A DNA stretch of 64,000 bases from an uncultured Acidobacteriota bacterium (GTDB lineage: Bacteria > Acidobacteriota > Vicinamibacteria > Vicinamibacterales > Fen-181). Shown piece after piece: positions 29,166 through 39,219 of this stretch. Where the stretch lies: the NCBI GenBank assembly GCA_963784455.1, contig CAWARN010000018.1, forward strand, positions 79,541-143,540, written 5' to 3'. Position 1 is the stretch's first letter. Each line of letters opens with the position of its first letter. The position numbers and the translations under genes are program-made. The notes beneath the pieces were generated by a model that worked only from the letters and a program-made list of their open reading frames with translations, was not told the DNA's origin and did not search any database.

Positions 29166-29268
29166 GAGAGGCAGGCGCGGACCGGGTCGGCGCGAAGGGC
29201 GACTTGAGGTCTGCCGAACGGAGCCCGGAGCCGACGAACCGGGCCACGACTGACGTCTCATCGCCGGC
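29166..29268 (-). repeat. About 103-nt structured intergenic repeat, copy B (between moaB and moeA)
   Basis: Reverse complement of 10851-10954 with few differences. On the minus-strand operon transcript it reads in the same sense as copy A does behind the + strand HAD gene. Confidence 0.8.
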
Positions 29269-29280
29269 CCCGCGTCCAAA

Positions 29281-29305
29281 GCCCTGAGCCCTGAGCCCTG
29301 AGCCC
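29281..29305. repeat. Heptamer tandem repeat (GCCCTGA) x3.5
   Basis: GCCCTGAGCCCTGAGCCCTGAGCCC lies just 3' of the moaB stop. A related GGGCTCAAGGCTCAGGGCTCAAGG stretch sits at 8983-9006, at the hom/aminotransferase junction. Confidence 0.6.
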
Positions 29306-29309
29306 GCGT

Positions 29310-29813
29310 CTACCTCGACGCCTCCCGCACCAGATGCCCCAGTTCCGGCAGCACGAGCTTGGTCATCGCCAGCCGCACGGCGTTCTCCGACCCGGGCAGC
29401 GAGAAGATCACTCTGTTCTTCGCCAGCCCCGCGCACGCCCGGCTGAGCATCGCCGCCGAGCCAATCTCCTGGAAGCTCAGCATCCGGAACAGCTCGCCGA
29501 ACCCGTCCAGCCGCTTTTCGAGCAGCGCGTCGATCGCCTCGAACGTCGTGTCGCGCGAGGTGATCCCGGTGCCGCCCGTCGTGATGACGACCTGCACATT
29601 CGGGTTGGCCAGCTGATCGCGGATCGCTGCGGCCACCTGGTCCGGCTCGTCGCGCACGATCTTCCGCCCGGCCACCTGGTGCCCGCCCGCCCACAGAAGG
29701 TCGAAGATGGCGCGCCCGCTGAGGTCGGTGGCCTCCGTTCGCGAGTCGCTGATCGTCAGGATGTAACAACTGGCGACAGCCGGCGACTGCGCCTTGTGCT
29801 CCAGATGTCCCAT
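29310..29813 (-). CDS. moaB: Molybdenum cofactor biosynthesis protein MoaB/MogA family
   Basis: MGHLEHKAQSPAVASCYILTISDSRTEATDLSGRAI...VVITTGGTGITSRDTTFEAI...LSRACAGLAKNRVIFSLPGSENAV. Confidence 0.85.
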   Translation of the reverse strand: MGHLEHKAQSPAVASCYILTISDSRTEATDLSGRAIFDLLWAGGHQVAGRKIVRDEPDQVAAAIRDQLANPNVQVVITTGGTGITSRDTTFEAIDALLEKRLDGFGELFRMLSFQEIGSAAMLSRACAGLAKNRVIFSLPGSENAVRLAMTKLVLPELGHLVREASR

Positions 29814-29873
29814 GGGGGAATCATATCGTAGACCGCCACATCGGGTCGCCGGCGGTGTAGGATTGCGCTGTCC

Positions 29874-30578
29874 ATGCCACCAGTCTTCGAGATCCGAGGC
29901 CTGACGAAGATCTACACGATGGGGGAGGTCGACGTGCACGCCCTCCGCGGCATCGACCTCGATATCGACGACGGCCGGTTCGTCGTCATCCTCGGGCATT
30001 CGGGCAGCGGCAAGTCGACGCTGCTCAACATCGTCGGCGGCCTCGACTTCCCGACGTCGGGAAGCGTCAGTTACCGGGGGCAGGATTCGACGGCGGCCAG
30101 CGAACGCGCCCTCACGGCGTTCCGACGCCACAAGGTCGGCTTCGTCTTCCAGTTCTACAACCTGATCCCGAGCCTGACCGCCCGGGAGAACGTCGACCTC
30201 GTCACCGAGATCTCCGACGACCCGATGCCGTCAGTGGCGGCCCTCGCCCTCATGGGCCTGGCCGACCGCGCCGATCACTTCCCCGCGCAGATGTCGGGCG
30301 GCGAGCAGCAGCGCGTCGCCATCGCACGCGCCATCGCCAAGCGCCCGGACGTCCTGCTGTGCGACGAGCCGACGGGCGCCCTCGACATCACCACCGGCGT
30401 CGTCGTCCTCGACGCGCTGGCGCGCGTGAACAGCGAACTCGGGACGACCGTGGCGGTGATTACGCACAACGCCGCGATCTCCGCGATGGCCGACCGGGTG
30501 GTGACGCTGGCGGACGGGCGGATCGTCAGCGACCAGGCGAACGCGGTGCGGGCCGCGGCGGGAGACATCAGGTGGTGA
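29874..30578 (+). CDS. ABC transporter ATP-binding protein (MacB/LolD-like)
   Basis: [20 protein letters not shown] (Walker A), [33 protein letters not shown] (signature), [12 protein letters not shown] (Walker B). Confidence 0.9.
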   Translation: MPPVFEIRGLTKIYTMGEVDVHALRGIDLDIDDGRFVVILGHSGSGKSTLLNIVGGLDFPTSGSVSYRGQDSTAASERALTAFRRHKVGFVFQFYNLIPSLTARENVDLVTEISDDPMPSVAALALMGLADRADHFPAQMSGGEQQRVAIARAIAKRPDVLLCDEPTGALDITTGVVVLDALARVNSELGTTVAVITHNAAISAMADRVVTLADGRIVSDQANAVRAAAGDIRW

Positions 30579-32972
30579 GGCGCCGCGCCGCCCGCCTGCG
30601 CGGACTGTCGCCGCTCGACCGGAAGCTGGCCCGCGATTCTCTGGTCGGCCAAGGGGCAGGTGGTCGCCATCGCGCTCGTCGTGGCGGCAGGCATCGCGCT
30701 CTTCGTCACCCTGTTCTCGACGTTCGATTCGCTCGACCTGTCGCTCCGGACCTACTACGACCGTTACCGCTTCGCCGACGTCTTCCTGTCGCTGACACGC
30801 GCCCCGCAGTCGCTCCAGGCGGAGATAGAGGCGATTCCCGGCGTGGCGCAGGTCGAGACGCGTGTCGTCATGGACGTGACGATCGACGTGGCCGGCCTGG
30901 CCGAGCCGGCCACCGGGCGGCTGATTTCGATCCCCGCGGGCCGGCCTCCCGCGCTCTGCGACGTGTTCCTGCGCGCCGGGCGCACGATCGAAGCCGGCCA
31001 TCCCGACGAGGTGCTCGTCAGCGAGTCGTTCGCGAAGGCCCACGGCCTGCGTCTGGGCGACGCCGTCGCCGCTATCATCAACGGGCGCCGCCGCGAAATG
31101 CGGATTGTCGGCCTCGCGTTGTCGCCCGAGTACATCTACCAGATCAGGCCCGGCGAGCTGATGCCGGACGAGAAGCGCTTCGGCGTGTTCTGGATGGAGC
31201 GGCGCGCGCTGGCCGCCGCGTTCCAGATGGAGGGCGCCTTCAACAACGTCGTGCTGAAGCTGATGCACGACGCGTCGGAGCCGGACGTCATCGCCCGGCT
31301 CGACCGCCTGATCGACTCCCGGTACGGCGGCACCGGGGCGACGCCCCGCGCACTTCAGGCGTCACACTGGTTCCTGGCCAACGAGCTGACGCAGCTGAAG
31401 TCCTCCGGCGTCATCGTGCCCGTGATCTTCCTTGGCGTCGCCGCGTTCCTGGTGAACGTGGTGCTCTCCCGCATCGTCTCGGTGCAGCGGACGCAGATAG
31501 CGGCCGTCAAGGCGCTCGGGTACGGCGACCGCGACATCGCCGCGCACTACGTGAAGTGGAGCCTCGTGGTGGCGACGCTCGGGTCGGCCGCGGGCGTCGG
31601 CCTGGGCGCCTGGTTCGGCTGGGCGACGACGAAGCTGTACACGCAGTTCTTCCACTTCCCGTTGCTGCTCTACCGGCTCAACGTGCGCGTGGCCATCCTC
31701 GGCATCCTGATCGGTGCGGCGGCCGCCATGCTGGGCGCCCTCGGCGCGGTGAGGAGGGCGGTCAAGCTGCCTCCTGCCGAGGCGATGCGCCCCGAGCCTC
31801 CGGCCAGCTTCGCCGAGAGCTGGCCCGAGCGACTGGGCCTCAGACGCCTGCTGTCGCAGCCCGCGCGGATCATCCTGCGGACACTGCAGCGGCACCCCGC
31901 GCGAGTGGCGATGTCGGTGACGGGCATCGCGCTCGGCGCCTCGCTGATGGTGATCGGCAACTTCTCGATGGACGCGGTCGACGAGATGGTTCGCGTCCAG
32001 TTCGACGTGGCGCAGCGCTACGATTTGATGGTGTCGTTCGTCCAGCCGACGTCCGCCCGGGCCCTCGATGAAATGACCCGCCTGCCCGGGGTGATGGACG
32101 TCGAACCGTTCCGGGCCGTCGCGGCGCGCCTGAGAGTCGGGTCGCGCTCGCGCAACATCGGCGTGTTCGGGGTGCTCGACGGGAGCCGCCTCAACCGGGT
32201 GGTCGACGCGTCACGCGGCCCGATTGCCCTGCCGCGCGACGGCATCGTGCTCTCGAGGGCGCTGGCGGATGTGCTGGCGGTGCGGCGCGGTGAGCCGGTG
32301 ACCGTCGAGGTGCTCGAGGGGAACAGGCCCGTCCGGCAGGTGGTGGTGGCCGACCTCGTCGACGATTACCTGGGCACGAACGCCTACATGTCGCTCGGCG
32401 CGCTCCGCGGGCTGATGCAGGAGGGCCAGACGCTGTCGGGCGCCTATCTGCAGGTGGACCGCGAATCCGCCCGCACGCTGTACGATCGGCTCAAGGCGAC
32501 GCCGCGTGTGGCAGGCGTCATGCTGAAGCGGGCGGCCGTCGAGAGCCTGCAGAAGACGATGGCCGAGATGATGCGCAAGGTGCAGGCGATCTACATCGCG
32601 TTCGCGAGCGTCATCGCGTTCGGCGTCGTCTACAACAGCGTGAGGATCTCGCTCTCGGAACGCGCGCGGGAGCTGGCGACCCTCAGGGTCATCGGCTTCA
32701 CCCGCGGCGAGGTGTCGTACGTGCTGCTGGGAGAGCTGGCGCTGGTGACGATCGCGGCGGTGCCACTCGGGCTGCTGATCGGCTATGGCTTTGCGGCGGC
32801 GATCATCCCGCTGACGAACAGCGAGATGTTTCGGATCCCGCTCGTGGTCAGTCCGAACACCTATGCGCTGGCGGCGATGACGATCGTGATTGCGACGATC
32901 ATCTCGGCGATGGTCGTCCGCCGGCGCCTGGATCAGCTGGATCTCGTCGAGGTGTTGAAGACGCGGGAGTGA
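30575..32972 (+). CDS. FtsX/MacB-type ABC permease; one frame break in a G-run at 30653-30656
   Basis: GTG 30575 overlaps the ATPase stop: [30 protein letters not shown] 30660 then continues (Q)[16 protein letters not shown]...; GGCCAAGGGGCAGGTGG has one G too many for a continuous frame. There are two FtsX-type 4-helix modules and a C-terminal ..[14 protein letters not shown]. Confidence 0.85.
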
Positions 32973-32980
32973 GGGTGTAG

Positions 32981-33000
32981 CGCGGGTCTTCAGACCCGCG
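32981..33000 (+). repeat. CGCGGGTC-TTCA-GACCCGCG hairpin, 8 nt after the permease stop
   Basis: Third identical copy, preceded by GGTGTAG as at 20966. It is followed by the ATCTTGCG ATCTTGCG ATCT direct repeat at 33005-33024. Confidence 0.6.
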
Positions 33001-33038
33001 TACCATCTTGCGATCTTGCGATCTGGGGACCGCGCGAT

Positions 33039-34259
33039 ATGACGAGAACGACCAAACGGCGGATTGCCTTCTGGGGCACGGTGGGCGTGGCGCTCGCGGC
33101 GGCGCTCGCGATCATGACGAGGCCGCAGCCGGTGCCGGTGGACTTCGCCGCGGTCTCGCGCGGGGCGATGGTCGAAACGCTGGACCACGAGGGCCGGACG
33201 CGGGTGCGCGAGCGCTACGTCGTGTCGGCGCCCGTGGCCGGGCGCGTGCTTCGCATCGAGCTGAGGCCGGGCGACCGGGTCGTCGCCAACCAGACCGTGA
33301 TCGCGACGTTCGCGCCCGGGGCCTCGTCGCTCCTCGACGCGCGGAGCCGGGCCGGCGCGACCTCGCGCGTCAGCGAAGCGGAAGCGCTGTTCGAGCAGGC
33401 CAAGGCCCAGCGGGAGGTGGCTCGCGTGCAGAGCCAGCACGCCAAGGAGGAGCGCGACCGCGCCCAGAACCTCGCGAAGTTCGGGCTGATGACCGCCGAA
33501 GGCCTCCAGGCGGCGGAGACCCAGGCGACAGCCAGTGAACGCTCGCTCGATGCCGCCGAGGCTGCCGTGCGGGCGTCCTCGCACGAGGTGGAGGCGGTCC
33601 GCGCGACGCTGGTCGAGCCCGGGTCCACGCCGGCAGGCACGACCGGCACCCCGTCGAAGGGCGTCACGCTGACGCTTCGCTCCCCGATCAACGGCGTGGT
33701 CCTGGAACGCCATCGCGAGAGCGAAACGGTCGTGATGCAGGGGGAGCCGCTCGTCACCGTGGCCGACACGTCGGCGCTCGAGGTCGTCGCGGACTTCCTG
33801 TCGAGCGACGCCGTACGCATTCAGCCTGGCATGCGCGCGTTCATCGAGCAGTGGGGCGGCGTCCAGCCGCTCGCCGCGGTCGTCCGCCGGGTGGAACCGG
33901 CCGCGTTCCTGAAGATGTCGGCGCTCGGCGTCGAGGAGCAGCGCGTCTGGGTGGTCCTTGACCTCACAGAGCCGGCCACGGCCGGGCGGGCCCTGGGCGA
34001 CGGATACCGCGTCGAGGCGCGCGTCGTGACCTGGGAGGGCAGCGACGTGACCAGGGTGCCGGTGAGCAGCCTGTTCCGCCGGGGTACCGGTTGGGCCGTA
34101 TTCGTCGAAGAGGGCGGCCTGGCGCGCGAGCGCCCGGTGCAGATCGGCCACCGCAACGGGAACTTCGCGGAAGTCCTCTCCGGGGTGTCGGTCGGCGCGA
34201 AGGTTGTCATCTACCCGCCAGACAGCGTGTCGGACGGCTCCCACATCGCCGCGAGATAG
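33039..34259 (+). CDS. HlyD-family periplasmic adaptor (MacA-like)
   Basis: N-terminal anchor MTRTTKRRIAFWGTVGVALAAALAI, lipoyl-like SAPVAGRVLRIELRPGDRV, coiled-coil region, LRSPINGVVLE...GEPLVTVAD. Confidence 0.85.
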   Translation: MTRTTKRRIAFWGTVGVALAAALAIMTRPQPVPVDFAAVSRGAMVETLDHEGRTRVRERYVVSAPVAGRVLRIELRPGDRVVANQTVIATFAPGASSLLDARSRAGATSRVSEAEALFEQAKAQREVARVQSQHAKEERDRAQNLAKFGLMTAEGLQAAETQATASERSLDAAEAAVRASSHEVEAVRATLVEPGSTPAGTTGTPSKGVTLTLRSPINGVVLERHRESETVVMQGEPLVTVADTSALEVVADFLSSDAVRIQPGMRAFIEQWGGVQPLAAVVRRVEPAAFLKMSALGVEEQRVWVVLDLTEPATAGRALGDGYRVEARVVTWEGSDVTRVPVSSLFRRGTGWAVFVEEGGLARERPVQIGHRNGNFAEVLSGVSVGAKVVIYPPDSVSDGSHIAAR

Positions 34260-34272
34260 GATCGCCATATCT

Positions 34273-36150
34273 ATGCGAAGACGCGCTGCTGCGTTGGCCA
34301 TCCTGCTGTCAGGCCTCGTCGTCCTCCCGCTGGCGGCGTTCCTGCCCGCGGCGCCACAGGCGCAAGCCAGGCCACCGCTCGACAAGGCCGCCGAGAAATG
34401 GGTGCAGGACACGCTGAAGAAGATGACGCTCGACGAGAAGGTCGGGCAGCTGCTGGCGCCGTCGATCGACGCGATGGTGACCAGCACCGACAGCGAGGTC
34501 TACGAGAAGAAGCTGCATCTGGTCCGCGACCTGAAGGTGGGCGCGATCCATGTGTTCGGCGGGTCCGAGCCGATGCCGGCCGCGTTGCTCAACCCGAACT
34601 ATCCGTCCGGCGGGAGCGCGAGCCGCAAGGGCGACCCGCTCGCGGCGGCGACGTTCCTCAACCGGCTGCAGCAGGCCTCGGCCATCCCGCTGTTGACCAC
34701 CGCCGACTTCGAGGGCGGGGCGGGGTACATCCTGAACGGCACGACGCGGCTGCCGCGCGCGATGGCGATTGCGGCGACGCGCGACCCGCAGCTTGCCTAC
34801 AAGGCGGGAGTCGTCTCGGCGACCGAGGCGCGGGCCATCGGCATCACGGTCGACTTCTACCCGGTCCTGGACGTCAACAACAACCCGCGCAACCCGATCA
34901 TCAACATCCGGTCGTTCGGCGAGGACGTCGGCCTCGTCTCCCGGATGGGCGTTGCCTACATGCGCGGCATCCAGGCGGGCGGCGCGCTGGCGACGGCCAA
35001 GCACTTCCCGGGCCACGGCGATACCACCGTGGATACCCACCTCGGCCTGGCGAAGATCGACCACCCGCGCGAGCATCTCGACAAGGTGGAACTGCCGCCG
35101 TTCCGCGCGGCGGCGGACGCCGGGATCGACGCGTTCATGTCGAGCCACATCATCCTTCCGGCGCTCGACCCGGCGCCCGGCATCCCGGCCACGCTTAGCC
35201 GGCCGATTCTGACCGGGCTGCTCCGCGGCGAGATGAAGTTCGACGGCCTGATCTTCACCGACTCGATGGGAATGGACGCCATCTCCAGGAACTTCGGCGA
35301 CGACAGGGCCGCGGTGATGGCGGTGAGGGCCGGCGTGGATTTCGTTCTCCACTCGCCCGACGAGGACGCGGCGTTCAAGGCGATCAAGGCGGCGGTGGAA
35401 TCGGGCGAGATCGACCGCGGTCAGGTGGACCGATCGGTGGAGCGCATCCTTCGGGTGAAGGCACGCCTCGGCCTGCACAAGTCGCGTGTCGTCGACGTGA
35501 ACGCGGTGGAGGCGAAGATCGGCGGTCGCGCGCACGAGGCGGTGAACGCGGAGATCTGCGAGCGCGCCATCACGCTGATCAAGGACGACCGGAACCAGGT
35601 GCCGCTCGCGGCAGGCAAGGGCGCGAGCATCCTATACCTGTCCGTGCTCGACTACCCGAGCGGCTGGCGCGAGGGCGTGCCGAGCCGGTCGGTGGTGCCG
35701 GCGCTGAAGAAGCGCTGGCCGAACGTGACGGCGGTCGAGATCTCGGACAAGACGACGCCGAGCGAACTGGACATGGTGAAGGCACTGGCGCGCCGCGCCG
35801 ACGCCGTCGTTGCGGGCGTGTTCGTGCGGATTGCATCCTCCAGCGGCCGGATGGACCTGTCGCTGCAGGCGGTGTCGCTGCTCGAATCGGTGGCCGCCGA
35901 CCAGAAGAAGCCGTTCGTCGCGGTGATCTTCGGCAACCCCTACACGGCGATGGCGCTGTCGAAGCTGCCGGCGCAGATCCTGACGTACGAGTTCACCGAC
36001 GCGATGGAGGCGGCGGCGGTGCGGGCGCTGGCAGGCGAGATCGCGATCGGCGGCAAGCTGCCGATCGCCCTGCCCGAGATGTATCCGTTCGGCCACGGTC
36101 TGACGCGCGCGCCCCGCGCCGAGCGCCCGCCGACCATCGCCTCGTGGTGA
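34273..36150 (+). CDS. Glycoside hydrolase family 3 (beta-N-acetylhexosaminidase/NagZ-like), secreted
   Basis: Signal peptide MRRRAAALAILLSGLVVLPLAAF, MTLDEKVGQLL, ..INIRSFGED.., KHFPGHGDT..DTH, IFTDSMGMDAI. Confidence 0.85.
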   Translation: MRRRAAALAILLSGLVVLPLAAFLPAAPQAQARPPLDKAAEKWVQDTLKKMTLDEKVGQLLAPSIDAMVTSTDSEVYEKKLHLVRDLKVGAIHVFGGSEPMPAALLNPNYPSGGSASRKGDPLAAATFLNRLQQASAIPLLTTADFEGGAGYILNGTTRLPRAMAIAATRDPQLAYKAGVVSATEARAIGITVDFYPVLDVNNNPRNPIINIRSFGEDVGLVSRMGVAYMRGIQAGGALATAKHFPGHGDTTVDTHLGLAKIDHPREHLDKVELPPFRAAADAGIDAFMSSHIILPALDPAPGIPATLSRPILTGLLRGEMKFDGLIFTDSMGMDAISRNFGDDRAAVMAVRAGVDFVLHSPDEDAAFKAIKAAVESGEIDRGQVDRSVERILRVKARLGLHKSRVVDVNAVEAKIGGRAHEAVNAEICERAITLIKDDRNQVPLAAGKGASILYLSVLDYPSGWREGVPSRSVVPALKKRWPNVTAVEISDKTTPSELDMVKALARRADAVVAGVFVRIASSSGRMDLSLQAVSLLESVAADQKKPFVAVIFGNPYTAMALSKLPAQILTYEFTDAMEAAAVRALAGEIAIGGKLPIALPEMYPFGHGLTRAPRAERPPTIASW

Positions 36151-36175
36151 TCGCGCGCCGGAGTGCCTGCCGGCG

Positions 36176-37618
36176 TCATTTGCCGGGGGCGGCCTCTGGC
36201 TGGAGACTCAATCCGCGCAGGACCAGGCGGAGCGTCGGTTCGCCCTCGACGGGCGGCCGCCAGCCGGCCAACTGCCAGTCCGCCGGCGGCGGCAGCAGCC
36301 ACACGTGCACATCGCGCCTGCCCGTCGCGAGCGCGACCGCGTCGGGCAATAGCGTGCCAAACGCGGCGGCGATGCTCTGACGAGGATCCTCTCGATCGCG
36401 AATGACCAACGCGCTCTCACGAGGCTGGCTCGACAGGATGGTCCGCAGTTGAGGGAGCACGGCCGCGCTCACGCGGGCGGGAGCCAGCCATCTTTCGTTG
36501 CGTGACCAGTAGATCGGCACGGCAATCATCGTCACGACGACGAGCACAGCGGCTGTCGGCGCAACGGCTATTCGTTTCGACGCGTCAACAACCAGCGACA
36601 CCCACATCGCCGCCGCCAGGGCCACACCGACCGAAGGGAAGCACGCGTAGAGGCTGGACCTGATCGGCAGCCAGACCGTGAGCGCATAGCCGCCGGCGAG
36701 CCAGGCCGCCCCCATGGCGAGCAGCCGACAGTGCTCCTGCTGCAATCGCGCCATCCGCCTGAGGGCGAGCGTGACGACCAGCGCGACCGCCACGCTGAAC
36801 GTCGCGGCCCGGTCCAGATAGGAGAAGACGTTGAAGATCAGCAGACTCGGGTCGGTCGAGAAGCGGTAGAACGGCGGGGCCGATGACGGAGTGAACGCGC
36901 CGGAGTGCGAGCGCAGGACGAGATAGGCGACCAGCGGCACGAACAACGCGAGCGCGGACGCGGAAAGCCAGCGGAGACGATTCCTCCTGGCTCCTTCGAC
37001 TTCAGGCAGCAGGAACACCCATGCCAGCAGGATGACCGGCAGCGCCACCGCCTCTTCCTTGGACAGCAGCGCGAGCAGGACGAAGACGGCCGTCTGCCAA
37101 CGTCGATGGCGCACCACGGCCGTGGCAGCCAGAACCGAGAAGAGCGTCAGCAGCAATGAGGTGCGGCCACTCATCCACAGCAACGCCATGTTGATGCCGT
37201 GCGGGTTCAGCGCCCACAGCCCGGCCGCGATGACTCCGGCGGTGGCCGGAAGGCCGAGTGCCCTGGCGAGTCGCGCGATGGCGATGGCAGCCAGAAGCAG
37301 CAAAAGCGCGTTCGTCCACCCGTAGCCGAGTGGCGCCAGCCCGAACAGAGCGCGATCGAGGGCGAACGTCACTGCCACCACCGGGCGGTAGAAGCCGGTG
37401 TTCTGCGAGAACAGCGAGACCGACTGCGAGAGGGAGTGGACGCCGCCCTGCTGAATCCAGCCGAAGTCGTCCTTGATGAACCCCGTGCCGATACCCGGCG
37501 CGTAAGCGGCGAGAAGCCAGATTCCGACGAGCAAGAGCAGCGGGTACTCGCAGCTTCTCCACAGACAACCCCCTCGCCGGCGAATGACGCCGCGCCGAGA
37601 TCGATCGCCGTCGGCCAC
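36176..37618 (-). CDS. Polytopic membrane protein, possibly a GT-C-fold (PMT_2/ArnT-like) glycosyltransferase
   Basis: 480 aa with at least 10 hydrophobic segments. The early loop IKDDFGWIQ..FYRPV resembles the DD/DE loop of dolichyl/undecaprenyl-phosphate-sugar transferases. The assignment is tentative. Confidence 0.5.
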   Translation of the reverse strand: MADGDRSRRGVIRRRGGCLWRSCEYPLLLLVGIWLLAAYAPGIGTGFIKDDFGWIQQGGVHSLSQSVSLFSQNTGFYRPVVAVTFALDRALFGLAPLGYGWTNALLLLLAAIAIARLARALGLPATAGVIAAGLWALNPHGINMALLWMSGRTSLLLTLFSVLAATAVVRHRRWQTAVFVLLALLSKEEAVALPVILLAWVFLLPEVEGARRNRLRWLSASALALFVPLVAYLVLRSHSGAFTPSSAPPFYRFSTDPSLLIFNVFSYLDRAATFSVAVALVVTLALRRMARLQQEHCRLLAMGAAWLAGGYALTVWLPIRSSLYACFPSVGVALAAAMWVSLVVDASKRIAVAPTAAVLVVVTMIAVPIYWSRNERWLAPARVSAAVLPQLRTILSSQPRESALVIRDREDPRQSIAAAFGTLLPDAVALATGRRDVHVWLLPPPADWQLAGWRPPVEGEPTLRLVLRGLSLQPEAAPGK

Positions 37619-37789
37619 GGCGCCATCTCGGGCGGCTCGCTGGCGCCGCGGTCGGCGAGTCTACCACGGTTCGAGCGGGCCCGGTCCGTGCGGCCGCCGG
37701 CGGCTTTGCGGCAAGGCGGCGGAGGTTGTGATAAAGTACCTAGTTCCTGGCCGTTTCGCACGCCCGTGCGGGGCGGTGACCTCCAGCGC

Positions 37790-37866
37790 GCGCCCTTAGC
37801 TCAGTTGGATAGAGCGTCTGGCTACGAACCAGGAGGTCGCAGGTTCGAGTCCTGCAGGGCGCGCCA
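37790..37866 (+). tRNA. tRNA-Arg (anticodon ACG), CCA encoded
   Basis: GCGCCCTTAGCTCAGTTGGATAGAGCGTCTGGCTACGAACCAGGAGGTCGCAGGTTCGAGTCCTGCAGGGCGCGCCA. Acceptor GCGCCCT/AGGGCGC, D-loop AGTTGGATA, anticodon loop CTACGAA, T-arm GCAGG-TTCGAGT-CCTGC. Confidence 0.95.
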
Positions 37867-38141
37867 CTTCCAAACCATTGTAAATCAGAGACTTATCTCC
37901 CTGGCGTTCCTCGCTGCCTGAGAAGGTGCCAGGAGTGTCGGTGAGTCGCCTGTCCCTGCCGCGCTGCACGGGCTCACGGCGCCAGCACCGGATCTCCAAA
38001 CCAATCAAGAAGCTCGGGCGGTTGCTCCGGTCCGCGTCGATCGGTCGCCGCGGTGCGGGCCTGCAACGAACTTGCAGGACTCTCCAGCTTCCCGGAGTCA
38101 CTCATCTCCCCCAGGAGCCGCTGACTGCCTGGTCGGCCAGC

Positions 38142-38170
38142 TTGACATAACAACCTATGAGTTGTATGGT
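38142..38170 (+). promoter_or_regulatory. Sigma-70-like promoter with internal palindrome upstream of hicA
   Basis: TTGACA (38142-38147), 17-nt spacer containing CAAC-CTATGA-GTTG, TATGGT (38165-38170). The hicA ATG is only 3 nt downstream, so the exact promoter or start-codon assignment is uncertain. Confidence 0.35.
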
Positions 38171-38173
38171 TCG

Positions 38174-38356
38174 ATGGTGCAGGGCAAGGACTTGGTGCAG
38201 CTTCTGAAGAAGCACGGGTGGACGGAGGCCCACGTCCGCGGATCGCACCACATCCTCAGCAAGGGAGGGCATCACCTATCGGTGCCGGTTCACGCCGGCA
38301 AGGAACTCGGGAAGGGGCTCCTGCACGAACTGCTGAAAAGGGCTGGACTGAAATGA
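38174..38356 (+). CDS. hicA: HicA-family mRNA interferase toxin
   Basis: MVQGKDLVQLLKKHGWTEAHVRGSHHILSKGGHHLSVPVHAGKELGKGLLHELLKRAGLK. This is the canonical HicA length and GSHH motif. Confidence 0.85.
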   Translation: MVQGKDLVQLLKKHGWTEAHVRGSHHILSKGGHHLSVPVHAGKELGKGLLHELLKRAGLK

Positions 38357-38823
38357 GCAAGAGGCAGGCTGCTGCGGTTCCCTTGGAGCTCCCGAGGGTG
38401 GAGTACGCCGCGCGTGTTAGGAACCAGGGCGGAGGCGGCTACCTCGTCGAGTTCCCGGACCTGCCCGGGTGCCTAACGGAAGGCGACACACTCGAGGACG
38501 CTCTCGGCAACGCGGCCGAGGCGTTGTCGGGCTGGCTCTTCGTAGCGATCAAGGCGAACCAGCATGTCCCGGTCCCGACCGTGCGCCGCGGCCGGAACTA
38601 TCACCTTGTGGAACCCGATCTCGACGTGACGCTGCCCCTGCTGATCCTCTGGGCACGCAAGAGCAGGGGCCTGACCCAGGTGCAGATGGCGCGCAGCCTG
38701 GGCGTCACGCAGCAGGCGTACCGGAAGTTCGAGATTCCAGGGAAGAGCAATCCGCGTTTGAAGACGCTCTCGAGGCTGTGTGACACCTTGGGCCTGACGC
38801 TGGAACTCCGGCCGGTTGCGTGA
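38353..38823 (+). CDS. hicB: HicB-family antitoxin with C-terminal XRE-type HTH
   Basis: ATGA overlap with hicA. ..GGGYLVEFPDLPGCLTEGDTLEDALGNAAEALSGWL (HicB fold), then RGLTQVQMARSLGVTQQAYRKFE (HTH). Confidence 0.85.
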   Translation: MSKRQAAAVPLELPRVEYAARVRNQGGGGYLVEFPDLPGCLTEGDTLEDALGNAAEALSGWLFVAIKANQHVPVPTVRRGRNYHLVEPDLDVTLPLLILWARKSRGLTQVQMARSLGVTQQAYRKFEIPGKSNPRLKTLSRLCDTLGLTLELRPVA

Positions 38824-38977
38824 ATCTCTCTCACAGGCTGTGAGAGAACTGAAGGTCGGCGACACTGCCCGGAAGCACTCCCGGGACTCGCGACGGATTG
38901 GTTGAGATCCACTCGGTGGGCCGCCTGCGCCCGCTCGGCTTTCGCAGGTGCGGGTACAAATGGGGCGGAGGTGGAGC

Positions 38978-39219
38978 ATGGCTCTCAACGACCACGACAG
39001 AATCGAGAGGAATCCGCGTGTCGCCGGTGGGGAGCCGTCATCAAGGGGACGAGGGTGCCGCTCAGGACCGCGCTCGCGAGCCTGGCGGAGGGCGCGACCG
39101 CTGACGAGATCCTGAGGGATTGTCCGACGCTCGCGGAGCGGGACATTCGTGCGGCCATCGCGTTCGCTGCAGCGTCGGCGCAAGAGGATCTGCCTGTCGC
39201 CGAGGCCCACGTGCGATGA
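38978..39219 (+). pseudogene. DUF433-family antitoxin-like gene, frame-broken copy
   Basis: Nearly identical to 42999-43241, but GGGGAAGCCGTCATC there is GGGGAGCCGTCATC here (1 nt missing near 39033). MALNDHDRIERNPRVAGGE therefore runs out of frame before ..VIKGTRVPLRTALASLAEGATADEILRD... Confidence 0.65.
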
